A stretch of 64,000 bases of DNA, from contig CP158635.1 in the NCBI GenBank assembly GCA_050273025.1, positions 7,998,001 through 8,062,000 on the forward strand, in the 5' to 3' direction. Both the position numbers and the translations under genes were made by a program. Under the pieces are notes generated by a model. It was given only the letters and a program-made list of their open reading frames with translations. It ran no database searches and was not told the DNA's origin. Positions 1 to 12,773 of this stretch are shown here, in pieces (position 1 is the first letter of the stretch; the number at the start of each line of letters is the position of its first letter). This stretch comes from Cenococcum geophilum (taxonomy: Eukaryota).

Positions 1-1099
1 TATAACCTTCTAATTTTAAAAAATAAACTTAACCACCCAAAACACTATAGAGCTTTATATAATCTATAACATTATAAAAGCTAATACAGAAACTCTAACA
101 ATTAAAGAAATTAGTTTTTTGCTATTTCAAGAGGTTATAGTATTAGTAGGGTTTAACTTGGACAAGGATCAAATTATATAGGTTAACATTAAATCCTATA
201 AGGAGGCTTATATTACCTAGCAAGGGGTATTATAAGCCGTATTTTAGCAATATATGCTATACCACAGAAGTAAAGTAGAATTTATACTTAAGAGTACCGA
301 TTATAAGTTCTTTTAACAACATCTAGCTATCTATATACTAATAATTGCAGCTAAGCATTTAATTACAGAAATATTATACTAAATACCGCGCAAGCAGAGC
401 ATAAACCCTCCCAGTATCGCCAATACCCTAATTCGCCAGTCTTTGCACAGCAAGCCTATACACAAAAAACGGCGAAAGACTGCGTCTAAGCAGACTTACA
501 AGTACTTAGAATACTTAGATAATAAGTTCGTTAATAAAGACATTAAAAGTAAGAGCGATGCTTTATTAACCTTATTAGCGTACAGCAGTATTCTAAGTTT
601 ATTAGGTCGGAAGAAACGTAGTTATAAAAGAAAGCAACCTACTAGAGTATCTAAAGGCAAATTATAGTAAGCTACTAAGGACGGCTACAGCGGTCTAGCT
701 ATCTAGCCTATAGGGGTCCTAATAGTATAGAGAAGAATAAAGACAATTATAATGCTCTCTAAAGCGCAACCGCTCTAGATCCTAAACTAGCTTAACTATA
801 GGTTATAACCGCAGACAATCTAGCTAGTAATACTATATAGGTTTCTATAGAAGACGACAACCTAGAAGAAAAGGCCCTTAAAGATATAATAAATAAAGCC
901 AATAGGGAGGCAGAGGCTGCTAATTATATTAAGTAAAGGTATAGGCATATAAGCATATAGAGTACATCTTAAATTAGACTAATATTAGCTTTTTTCAGAT
1001 TTTAAGAAGCCGCTATAGTAAAAGTAGGCGGTAAGGTTAAGAGAATAGAGCAGTAGATATATAAACGCTTAGCTAAGCTATAGGGGGTTTCTAAAAGGG

Positions 1100-3370
1100 C
1101 CCTTCTAGGGAATAATATGGTCCCTATTCCCCGCAGATAGGGTCTAAATTTAGAGTTTAAAGCGTTTCTATACCAGCTATATAGTACATCTAAGATATTC
1201 TACTAGGAACGTATAGAGCTAAATAGTAGGGTTTTTATAGACGGTATAGGGACCGGCAAAACAGTAACCATATACTTAACTATTGTCCTTAACTACCACT
1301 ATACTATAAACCTAGATAAAGTAGCTACTAATCAAGCGGCTAAAAATGCTACTTAATATCTACTAAAGGGCCACTAGGCTAATAGCGTTAAGTATCCTAG
1401 CTAGGATAGAGTGCCTCTACTATACTTATATATAAATCGCAACGCTATATCTATAATACGTAAACAGTATAGTGCCAGCCTAGTTATTATAGTTCCACAT
1501 ATTATTACTGCTTAGAGAGATAATTATATCTTATTATTTAAAGACTTATTACTTATAACACAAGCGTAGGCACCACTAAAAGTTACAATGTACTATTTAA
1601 CGGCGGATGTTTTTCTAGGTATAGAGCAGCCGACTTTAGATAAGTGGCTAGAAATAGGAATATTAGGAAACTAAACCGCCTATAATGCTTTAAATACTTA
1701 TTAGGCTCTTATAGATAAAGTAAAAACCCCTTACCTATGGTTCTCCGACAGTATCCTACCACTTAAAAAGGGCAATCCTTTAGTTAGTACCCCGGCTGCC
1801 TTAGTAATAAGATTTATTATAATTATAATATCTAAATGCCTAAAACAGTATATTATTAACAACTTTATAATTACTAGAAGAGTCCACCGCTTCTTATCTA
1901 ATAGTAAGCAAAAGGATAAAGGTTAGTAGTCGGTTAAGACTATATTTTTTAGTAGGGTTTTATAGGATAAGTTTTATAACGAGAAGAATAAAGAGACTAT
2001 AGTTAACTAATTTCTTTATTTCTATAAAAGTACTATACTAAAACGTCTTAGATTCTTTATCTAGGCTATATTAGGGACTCTAATAGAGAATAGTATTATA
2101 GATATATATTAGTTTATTATAAGTAGCCTTTTAAATCTAGATTAAGCAAGCGCTTAAGATAATAGCATTTTTAAAAAATATATGTCCATTAAAGTTATAA
2201 AAAAAAATAGCAAAGCTATAGAGTTATTTTTTAAAATAAGGAAAGAGTAACCCTAAAGGGGTCTTATAGTCTACGGTATATAAAGAATTAGTTTAGGTTA
2301 GCGAAGAAATACTTATAAACTTTAAAATTCGCTATACCTTAAATACCATCGGCTTTAACAGAAGAAAATTAAAAGTTGTTTTAGGCGAGCTCCGAATTTA
2401 CCACCTAAACTATAAGTATAGAACTATAGAAATTGAATTGCTATAGGGCATAAAAAATGTAATAGCATTAGAAATAGAAGAGGCATTTTAGCAGAAAATG
2501 GTTAAATAGAAAGAAGATAGTTCTTTTAAGGGGAACCAACCAGTATAAATGGCCGGTACCTCCTTAAGCACCTACTTTATATACTATGTTACAGCAATAA
2601 CGCCCAGGTTACTTTTATAGAAGGATAGATATAATAAGAATCTACTAGACAATAACAAAATCGATATATAAGCGAAATTTTACGCAAAATTAATTAAATC
2701 TCCTATTAAAAGCATCTTGGATAAGAATAAGGAGGAAATTCTTTACGGTAATATAAAGTTTAAGGCGCTTTTAGCTATCTATAAAGAAGTTATACAATTA
2801 AAAAATATCGGGGGGTATTATAGCAAGGTTATTTTAGCACTAATTTCCTAACTATTAGGGCGGTATATATAGCAGTAAGTAACAAAACACTTTATCTTTT
2901 TACCTCTTAATAGCAGCTTGCTTAACTAGAACTCTAAGTTAATACTTATTTTAGGCCTTAGTTACTAAATATAGCAAAAACGCTATTATATATCTCCCTA
3001 AAGGAACATTACTAAAGTAAAAGAACTATATTATCTATAACTTATAAAAGCAGCCAAGCGGACCGTAGATTCTTTTATTATCTCTAAAGGCTATTATAGA
3101 GGGTATTACCCTTAATAAGGTATACTTTATTATGCTTATAGAGCTTAATCCGTCCTTTAGTAAATAGGAATAGTTTATATACCATATCTACTAAATTAGC
3201 CAAGAAACCCCTCTTATAATAGCATATATTTTATATAACACAGCTTCCTATATTAAGATTAGAATTCTAAATAAGTATAAGTTTAAAAAGACCACTATAA
3301 ATAAGATACTAGACGTAGATATAAATAAGCCAGGGAGTTTAAAGGAGTAGCTAGTAGAAGTATTCTAGCG
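1100..3370 (+). pseudogene. RIP-degenerated SNF2-family helicase/ATPase gene (5' boundary uncertain, may extend further upstream)
   Basis: After reversing RIP transitions: motif I GVF.DG(M)GTGKT at ~1225-1266; motif II D(E)F(H)NEK at ~1965-1986; motif III (W)A(M)(S)GT(P)(M)EN at ~2060-2091; motifs V/VI EGITL...L(M)E(P)...E(Q)...(HR)I(G)Q at ~3095-3205. Probable intron GTAAGT...CTAAC...TAG at ~2875-2954. Many TAA/TAG stops. Confidence 0.7.
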
Positions 3371-4265
3371 AGGTATTTTTAATATTTTAGCGTAGAATTA
3401 AGTAATATATTAGGCAATTTACCGCAAAGTCTTATCTAATAAAAAAAAGTATACTAGGCTATTATTTTAAGAATTAGGCAATATAGTGGGCAATATACCG
3501 CAGTCTTATAGCTAATAGAGGGCATATACTGGGGGTTTTTTTTAATGGAGTAAGCAATGTTTCTTAGTAATATACTATATTCTTACGGTTAATAGAAGGT
3601 ATATTAGGTTGTTTTTTATAAAATAGGGCAATATATCAGCAATATACCGCAATTCTTATATTAATAAGAGAAGTTTATTATTTTACTATTTAAGGAACTG
3701 GGTAATAAGCAACCAGATATATCACAGTGCTCTAATAATAAGCGATAACTACTAGCTTACTATTTAAGGACCTAAGTAATGCGCCAGGCGATATATTATA
3801 GTGCTCTATTAATATAATAAGTCTGCTAGCTTACGACGTAGGAACCGGGCAATATACGAGCTAATATATCGGAATACTCTACTAATAGGCGACGCCTACT
3901 AGCTTGTAATTTAAAGAATTAGGCAATATACCTAGCAATATATGGCAACTTTGTGCTTAGTAGTAGAAGTCTACTAGCTTGCCGCTTAAAGAACTAGGCA
4001 ATGTGCTAGGTAATATATAGCAGTTTCGCGCTTAGTAATAGAAGTTTACTAGCTTACAGCTTAAGGAACTGGCGATATACCAGGCAATATGTGGCAGTTT
4101 TGTGCCCAATAACTAGAGTATACTAACTTACTACTTAAGGAACTGGGTAATATACCAGGCAATATACGGCAATTTTATACTTAATAATAGAAGTCTGCTA
4201 ACTTGCCACTTAAAAAACTAGGAGTGTGCCTATTAATATATAGCAATTTCGTATTTAATAAGAGA
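3370..4265. repeat. Degenerate 75-bp tandem repeat array (~12 units)
   Basis: The agctt...aagaact.ggcaat.t..c.ggcaatat unit recurs at 3901, 3976 and 4051 (period 75) and diverges progressively leftwards. Confidence 0.8.
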
Positions 4266-4639
4266 GGTCTACCGGCCTACCCCTATGGTTACACTTCCTA
4301 TACATTAGGAAAATTTTTTTAGCCACGTTGTTGCGGCCAAAAATTAGGGTTGCGTATTTGTAGTAAATTGCTATAAATTGCCCGCAAATTGCCAAAATTG
4401 CGACTTACGCAGGTTTTGCAGACCCCGATTTTCGCTTATAATAACATAGCCAAAAAAAAAATCCTAATGCTTCTTTAGTAAAAGAATTCTATAAGGACTA
4501 TCCTTCGCGGCCTACTTTAGCTAGATAGATATAATATAAAGGTAAATAATTACCGCCCAACACAAATATACGAAAAATAATAATAAGAACTTAAAATATA
4601 TTACGACGTTTATAATACGGTTATATAACATATAAGATA

Positions 4640-5222
4640 TTAAGGAACTTTAACTAATGGTTAAAGTTACCTAATTAGTTAGATTGCCTTGCTAAAACCT
4701 ACTATAAAGATATTAGTTGCGGCTATTAAAAGATTACAACTAAATTCTCTTATAGGTGGACAAGAACTAGTCTTTAAAATTACGCGAAGTTGCTTCTACC
4801 TAGCTAGTAGGGGTGTCTCTATTAACTTCTATTGGGTTCCTAGCCACCTAGAAATCTATGGAAATAAAATAGCAGATAAACTAGCTAAAAGGGGCCTTTC
4901 TAAAAGAAAAATATAGTCTTCTTATACCTCCTTAGCCTATATAGGGAGAATAGCAAGAGAAAAGATACTAGAATAGTGGAAAAATAATTAGCAACTGAAC
5001 AAAAAGAAAGGAAAACACTATACTAGAATCTGTAAAGGAGACTATTCCTTTTCTCTTAAAGCCCCCAAGGATAGATATTCTAAAAAGCTATAGTTCGCTT
5101 TCTTTTAGCTAAAGCTAGGAAAAGGCTACTTTAAGTCCTTCTTAAAGACAATAGGAAAAAATAAAGAAGGCAGATGCTTTAGAGAATATAGAGCTATACA
5201 AACTCCTAAATATCTACTCGTT
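4640..5222 (+). mobile_element. LINE (Tad1-like) 3' fragment: RNase H and C-terminal Zn-finger region
   Basis: INFYWVPSHLEIYGNKIADKLAKRG RNase H motif; downstream QLKLGKGYFKSFL...RCF.E(C)...QTPK(H)LL; RIP stops. Confidence 0.75.
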
Positions 5223-6461
5223 TGTAAGGCTATTATATTATATTAAGGAGCGTGTTTCGGTGTTAGGCGTAGTATATTATTATACCATTTATTAATAACG
5301 TTTATATAGGCATTAAGGGCTCCTAGTAGATCTACGCCAATTAGGGAGGTTTTTAGTTTAGGGCTTAAAGATTTAATAAGGCTGTTAATTAGTGCGAAGT
5401 TGTTCTAGCCTATTTCCCTTATATAGCGGTTAAATTTGGAGAAGTATACTAGGAAACTTTTCGTTCCTTAAGCTATATAGTTTATCTTCCTCTAAGTAGT
5501 AGCTTAGCGGTTTAGGTTACCATATAAGGCTTTAAGAAGTACAACTAGGCTTTATACTAAGTTTAGCTAAAGAGGTTTAATAAGGTTAGCTGCCTCTTCT
5601 CCTAGTCAACTTAGGGCGTAACAGAGTTAGTTAGCTTTAGTTAGGTAATAGTTAGCTTATTTTTAAGCTAGCCTAGAAATAATTAGAGTTCTTATTATTT
5701 ACTAATAAATACTAAGGCATCTAGTAGTCGTTCGGATTATTTTAGTATAGTAGTTAGTTTAGGGTGAATAACTACTATAGGTTCAGGGCTTACATTCCGC
5801 GTGTTTATCTCTAGAGATAGTATTTAGTCTTAAGGCCCTAATATAGGCATCTTAAGTATGCGAATTTCTTCTTAGAGGTCCTTAATTAATTGCTAGTATC
5901 GTGCTTCTTATTCGGCTTATTATTAATTTAAAGTGGCTTAGTTTTATACAAGGGCGTTTATAAAAGACTTCTATATCTCTACTAGTTATTTTTAAAGTAT
6001 AGATATAATACTAGCGGCCGTTATAGGGGCTTTAGGGTCGTTCTACATTTTAAAGGTAGTATATAAAGTTAACGCAACGTAGTATTACGGAGTAAGTATA
6101 AGCGGCGGTAATATATAGCAAAGTAGATATTATTAAGCTATATACATAAACTATATAAGAAGTTAAGATGTTATATAAGGAAAGAGGGTAGGAAAACGGG
6201 AAGAAAGGGTATATATTATGGACTTAGTTGCTTAGTTAATATATATATGGGGTAGGATAGGATTTAGGTGGTAGTCTTAGTAGAACTTAGCAGGATTTAG
6301 TAGAACTTAGTAAAACTTAGTGGAATATAGTAGAATATAGCAAGTTGCCGTCAGATTGCCGCAGATTGCTATTAGATTGCCATTTTGTAGTCAGTCTTTA
6401 GTTACTAAGTTGGTGGAAATAGGTAGACGTGTATAAGGTATTATAGGGGTGTCTTATAACA
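5223..6461 (-). mobile_element. LTR-retrotransposon relic (LTR plus degenerate gag-like sequence)
   Basis: The right end, read on the minus strand (TGTTATAAGACACCCCTATAATACC...), matches the LTR starting at 35028 on the plus strand and has the same ~10-bp AATTCTGCT-type internal repeats. The left end is TGTAAGG. Confidence 0.5.
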
Positions 6462-9400
6462 CTAGGCCGTTCCATCTTCTAGTTCTTTATTATAACCTAA
6501 ACTATATCGCCTACGGTAAAGTTAAGTTTGCGCCTATACTTATTTGCCTACTATTCTATTAATTTCTAGGCCTTTTCTAAATTTATATAGGCTATTATCT
6601 AGGCTTCTTCTAAGCACTTAGCGTACTACTAGGCTTCCGTATAAGACAGTTTCTTATATATAGTCTATAGTCCTTCTAGTCTATCCCAGTTAAAGCTTAT
6701 TTAGGGTAAATACCCTATTTTTAGTTAGATAGGTGTAAATCCTATAGAGTTATAGGGTAGGGTTGCCTAGGCGTAGTCTATTAGGGGTAGTAGGTTACCC
6801 TAGTTGTTTTAAAAGTAGTTAATAAAAGGCCGGAGTCTCTAATCTAAATATTAATTTATAATTTTTATCTAGCCGTTTATCTAGGAGTAGTATACTATAG
6901 AGAGCTTTAGCTTAATACCTAGAATCTAGGTAAACTTATTTTGGAAGGCCAATATAAATTACAGGCTATAATTAGATATAATAGTATCTAATAGTCCGTA
7001 AATGTGGTAGATATAGTAAATATATAGTTAGGCCGCCTTTTTAGTATTAATATTCTTATAATAGGGAATTAAAAATAGGCGCTTACTAAAGCGGTTAACT
7101 AAAATTATAAGTATATTATATCCGTCGCGGTCTATAGGTAGCTTATAGAAGTCTATAGGGATATACTACTAGGGGCAGTTAAGTATTAGGAGAGGTTTTA
7201 ATAGTCCTAAGGTCTTATCTTGTGGAATTATAGACCTATAGTAGTTGTTATAGTTCCGTATATAACGGTTAATATTTATAACTATTCTAGGCTAGTAGTA
7301 ATGGTTACTAATAATCTTATAGGTCTTATTTTTTCTAGGGTAGGCCATAGAGACCTAGGTATATGCTTTAGTAATAAGCCGGATTTATAAGTTTTATTCC
7401 TTTACTACTATTAGCCGTTCCTAGTGCTTAAGCAGTCTATTTTTAAGGGACTATAGACTAGTAATATACTTTACCTTTTTACGGTACTCCTATAGAGAAG
7501 GGTCCATATAGTTTACTTATAGTAGTTTATTAATAAGATTAAATTCTATAGGGTTAATGGGATATATTATCAGCATTTTGTTGGGGTGCCAAGATCCTGG
7601 AGGCCTCCTGACAGGATTTTGATTTTCCTGATCGTCCTGATCGTCCTGATCGTCCTGGCAGGCTCCTGACAGGAACCTCCTATCCTGATGCGATCCTGAC
7701 AGGACCCTACTATCCTGATGCGTTCCTGATGCGTTCCTGATGCGTTCCTGACAGGACCCTATTATCCTAATGCGTTCCTAACAGGACTCTTTCATCCTAA
7801 TGCGTTCCTGACAGGACTCTATTATCCTAATGCGTTCCTAACAGGACTATTATCCTGATGCGTTCCTGACAGGAACGCCCCCCCAAAGCGACGCCCCCCA
7901 CGAAGCTCTACACGAAGCTTTCCACGAGGCTCTACACGAAGCTTTGCACGAGGCTCTACACGAAGCTCTACACGAGGCTCTGCACGAAGCTCTACACGAG
8001 GCTCTGCACGAAGCTCTACACGAGGCTCTGCACGAAGCTCTACACGAGGCTCTGCACGAGGCTCTACACGAGGCTCTGCACGAAACTCTACACGAAGCTC
8101 TACACGAAGCTCTACGCATAGAGGCTCTGCACGCTCTGCGCGAAGCTCTACGTACGGAGGCTCTACACGAAGCTCTGCACAAAGGTCTGCACAAAGCGAC
8201 ACACATTACTATCGGGTCCCCGCTATATTCCCAATAGCCTCTACACGTGCCTTTGCCAAGTATGTCCCCTATGTAGCCACCTTATTTTTTTTACCCTTCC
8301 TTCCTTACATCCTCCCTACCTAGGGAGGCACCAGAACGGGAGCTAGCAGAGGACCGTCACCAGAACCAGACGACCGTCGCCAGAACCAGACAACCGTCAC
8401 TAGAACTAGACGACCGTCACCAGAACTAGACGACCGTCATTAGAACCAGATAACCGTTGCCAGAACTAGATGACAACCGTTTAAACGACCAGCCAGCAAA
8501 CACCACGAACGATTCAATTAATCGATTGATTAATTAAACTAGAGCTTTAATATTGGCCCGTTACCGAATCAAATCAAGGCCTCCTAGGGAGGCACCCCGG
8601 ACGACCACCGTTTGAATGTAATTAGAGCCTTTAATTGGGCCGACTCCTCTGAATTGAACCAGACACCGATATATAGGCAGGTAGGTAGGCAGGCACTAGG
8701 CCTAGTTGGGAAATCGGTATACGGCCAGTGGATCATCGGGAACACCGCCAATCAACGATTTGGAGCCTCTGCGATAGGCTTCCCCTTCGTCTCCTCAATC
8801 AATCGCTTAACGCCCAAGCAATTATCCCCCTAGAACAACGTAGAGCTCCTATAACAGAAATAGGTAGTAGGCAGGAAGGACAGCCAGCAAACGGCTATAG
8901 AGAACGATTCGAATCAATCAGAGCCTTTAATCGGGCCGACCTCTCCCCCGAATTGAATCAGACACTAACATAGGTAGGTAGGTAGGTAGGCAGGTAGGCA
9001 AGCAGGTAGGTAGGCAGGCAGGTAGGTAGGCAGGTAGGTAGGCAGGCAGGTACTAGGCCTAGTTAGGAAATCAGTACACGGCCGGCGGACCGTCAGGAAC
9101 GCCGCCAATTAACAATTTAGAGCCTCTGCGAGGCTTCCCCATCGTCTCCTTAGTTAGTCGCTCAACACCAGAGCAATTGTCCTCCTAGAACGGCGTAGAG
9201 CTCCTATAACAGGCAGATACAGGCAGTAAGTAGGAAGGATTAATTTAGATTATATATCTTATATATAGCATAGGGTTTAAAATTAAACTAGTTTTTATAT
9301 TTATTAGCTAGCTATAAATACTAAAGTATTAATATACGTTATTTTAAAATTTTAAAATTTAATATTATCCTAATTGTCCTAACAGTACTAATAGTCCTAA

Positions 9401-11270
9401 TTGTCCTGGAGGTCCTGTAGGTCCTAAAGGTCTTAGAGGTCCTAGTGGTCCTAGTAGTCCGTATAGTCCGTGTAATTCGGGTGCGCTCCTAATAGGCTCC
9501 TAACAGGATACCGAGTGTAAGTGTCTTTTGGAGCTCCTGACAGCCCTATTAGGAGCTATTAGGAGCTATTAGTACTATTAGGAGGCATGAACATTTTGCT
9601 AATAATCTTGGCGCTTAGAGATTTAGTACTTAGTTCTTCCCATATCTAAGGGTTAAGGTACTCTAGTTATAGTAGCGTCTAAGTCTATAATAAAATCTTT
9701 ACGGCTATCTAGTTGTTTAGGTCCTATTTATGTTTTATTAGAGCGTCCGCACGGTTAGTAGCGCCTAGCCTATATATAATTAGGAAATTAAACTAGAATA
9801 GGATATCTGCCTAGCGCGCTTACCGGGCTATAAGGGCCTTAGTTATTATAAAGTATTCTAGGGCCTTATAATCTAAAACTACCTAAATAAGCTTAGGGGC
9901 CCCTTTTAGCTATACTTGCTAGTACTAAAGCTAGAAATAATAGCTAAGATTTCTTTATTATAGATTGGGTAGTTTAGCTTAGCATTTATTATAGTCTTTA
10001 AGTAGTAAGTAATAGGGTACTATTCTCCGTCCGTTTACTTTTAGAAATAAACGCCAATAATAATACTATCTAAGGTATCCGTTTCTAGCATTAAGGGCTA
10101 TTTTAGGTTAAAGTGGGCGAGTAAGGGAGCAGAGACCAGTTATTTCTTAAGCTTATTAAAAGCTTACTTATATGCGGTGTTAAAGTAAAAGGGCTAGTTC
10201 TTTATAGTAAGGTGGCTAAGAAGCCGAGTAATTCTACTATAGTTCTTAATAAAGCGTTAGTAGAAGTTATAGAAACCTAAGAATAACTATATCTCTTTTA
10301 CAGTCCGTAATAGTTTCTACTAATTAATTATAGTCGTCTTTTCTAGGTCTACCTTAATTCCGTTTATACTAATAATAAACCCAAAGTACTTTATATACTT
10401 TACACTAAATTCTAACCTTTTAATATTAGCTTAGAGGCTAGCCTTATAGAGCTGTTATAGGACCTTATAGATATGCTCCTTATATTCTAACTTATTCTTA
10501 GAGTAAATTATAATATTATCTAGGTAGGCTATATAGAAGTCATTAAGGTAGTTAAAGAGTACATTATTTATATATCGTTAGTACGTAGCCGGTCCGTTAG
10601 TTAGTCTAAAAAGAAGTACTTTATACTTATATAATCTATATTAAGTCTAAAATATAGTAAAATCTATAAATCTAGGGTCTATTTTAATTTGGTAGAAAGC
10701 CTAACGGATATTAAGCTTTATAAATACCTTAGCTCTATTTATTTGGGCTAGTGTTTTATTAAGTAAGGGCAGCGGATAACGGTCTTTATGGGTTATATTA
10801 TTAAGCTTATAGTAGTTAATATAGAAACAAAGTCCTCTATTTAACTTTTTTATAAAGAAAATAGGGGAGGTAAAAGGGGCCTAGCTAGGCTTAATAAACC
10901 CCTTTACTAGATTATTAATAAGGTACTACTTAGTGGCCTATAATTTGGCAATAGATTATTTACGGAGGGGGGTATAGCTAATGGCGTTTTCTTTATCTAA
11001 CTTAATTTTAATCTTATAGTTATATAGTTAGTACGGTGGAAGTATATTAGATACTACCTTAGAGAATACATCCTTAAACTTTTAGTATTAATAGAGTAGT
11101 TTCTATTTTACCAACTCCTCGTTTATAAGCTCGCTTTTTTATTTACTAAGCTTATTTTCCCTTTCCTTAATTATTTAATTAATTTTATATAAGTTAGTGG
11201 TAAAGGTAATAGTATTAGGCTAGACTAAGTTTTGGTAGAATTCTACAGCACTAATTGCAAGCATACTACC
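6462..11270 (-). mobile_element. RIPed Ty3/Gypsy pol relic (RT, RNase H, integrase), interrupted by the 7570-9602 element
   Basis: Minus-strand RT (AYLDNIII, KYFGFII) at ~10300-10950, RNase H at ~9900-10200 and integrase (H-C zinc motif, TDG.TE, PLIDYAQATLP) at ~6500-7400, homologous to the 17304-22260 element. Confidence 0.85.
7570..9602. mobile_element. Non-autonomous ~2-kb minisatellite-filled insertion with short imperfect TIRs and probable TA TSD
   Basis: Ends TCAGCAtttTGTT / AACAtttTGCTAA with TA on each side. Contains cctgatgcgtt/cctgacagga arrays, a 12-bp cacgaagctct(a/g) array (7899-8195), a 20-bp ccagaaccagacgaccgtca array and aggt/aggc microsatellites. Gypsy pol resumes after it. 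Confidence 0.65.
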
Positions 11271-12585
11271 CCTCTTTGTATTAACTGTAAAGAAAACCAC
11301 TTTGTAAATAGTAAAGATTGCGAGGTTCTAAAAGCAGCTAAGCTAGTAGGCAATACTAGCTTAGAAGGTTTTATGGAAGAATAAAACAAAACAAATAGGA
11401 TTCTAGAAGGAGGTAACTCCTACTAGGCTCTTAGTAAAAAGATATTAGAGAGCAAAAGGATAGAAATAAATTGCAAAAGGACAGGGATAGGTGTTAGGAT
11501 TTCCTATAGTTTTTCCTACCGTTTTCTTATTCCCTAGTAGTTGTAGTACCTTAGTATTTTATTAAGGAGCTATAACCCTTAGGGGTTTATAAACTACTAG
11601 GACATAACTACTAGTACATATTAAGCTGCCTAGAAAGGATTCATGTATATAGAACTATAGCGCCATAGCCTAGAGGCTGTATGCATAGTATTGTACGTAG
11701 TATAATACAATCGGATATAAAAAATATATAAAAAATAAAAAAAGAAGAAAGGAAATACGCGTATAAGTTATTTAACTATTACTTCCTTATAAAAACTAAC
11801 TACGCGGCCAGGGGAAGGTAATTAAGAGGTTAATTAAAGACGTATATAGGTTAAAATTATACCTAAAACGATATTATAGTATTAAAGAACAACGTTATAG
11901 ACGTTCTTAACAATTGCATTATAGCTACAATTACTATTGCGAAATATCCCTATTTGCTAGGCAGTAGAGCTACGCTAAATATACAGTATAGGACCACTAG
12001 ATTTAAAAGCATATATACTAAATCTTAAGAGATAAGTCTCTTTAACTAACTAATTAATACCTTAACCGCATCTAATAACCTAAGGGTAAATGCGGGAGCA
12101 ATATATTAGTGACGTAAGAGGATTATAAGAAAAAGATTATAAGAAAGGATTATAGACTATATCTTAGCAGTTAAAGACAACGACAAGCTAAGGCTCTATA
12201 CGTTAAATCCCATACTAAAAGGTTCTATAGAACTATACTAAAATACTAAATTATTTATAATACTTATAATTAATTACAGACCAGTATAAAGGCTTAGAAG
12301 TAGAGTTATATAAAAATCCCTACATTAGCCTAGGTAGTTACTAGTATGCTTTTAGTAGGCTTCTAATAGGTCTCCTAGCAATCCTCACATCTTTTCTCTA
12401 GTTATATTTTTTCCTTATTAAGGTTTTTTAGGAGTTTAAAGCAGGGGTTAGATAGATAATATATAGTAATATACTAATATCTCTCTAATATCTCTCTAAA
12501 CCCCTTTTGGGACGAGCCCTTATAATCTCCCTACTATAAGGTAATAGCGATTAGGGGCTAATCGTAAGAAGGGGGGGGGGGGTAA

Positions 12586-12773
12586 TATAAGGGATATTAT
12601 TGCGGACACCTTAGGATGCCCTTAGGACAACCCCTAGACGCCCCTTAAATAGTCGCCGATTATATACCGGAGGTACGTGCCTATAGTATATAGTCTCTAC
12701 AATCCCAAAGGCCTTACCTCCTTAAGGATTTGTCTCTCTTACTAATCTATTCTATTCTAATCGTGTCCTTATA
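12586..12773 (+). mobile_element. Short LTR preceded by a polypurine tract (3' end of a plus-strand LTR element)
   Basis: AAGAAGGGGGGGGGGGG PPT at ~12566-12582, then T(A)TAAGGGA...TCCTTA(T)A RIPed inverted ends. Confidence 0.5.

Noticed and set aside
7822..8237. ORFs encoding (HEAL)n, (RASC)n and (RVEP)n
   Set aside because: They are by-products of a stop-free 12-bp minisatellite open in several frames on both strands, with non-ATG starts.
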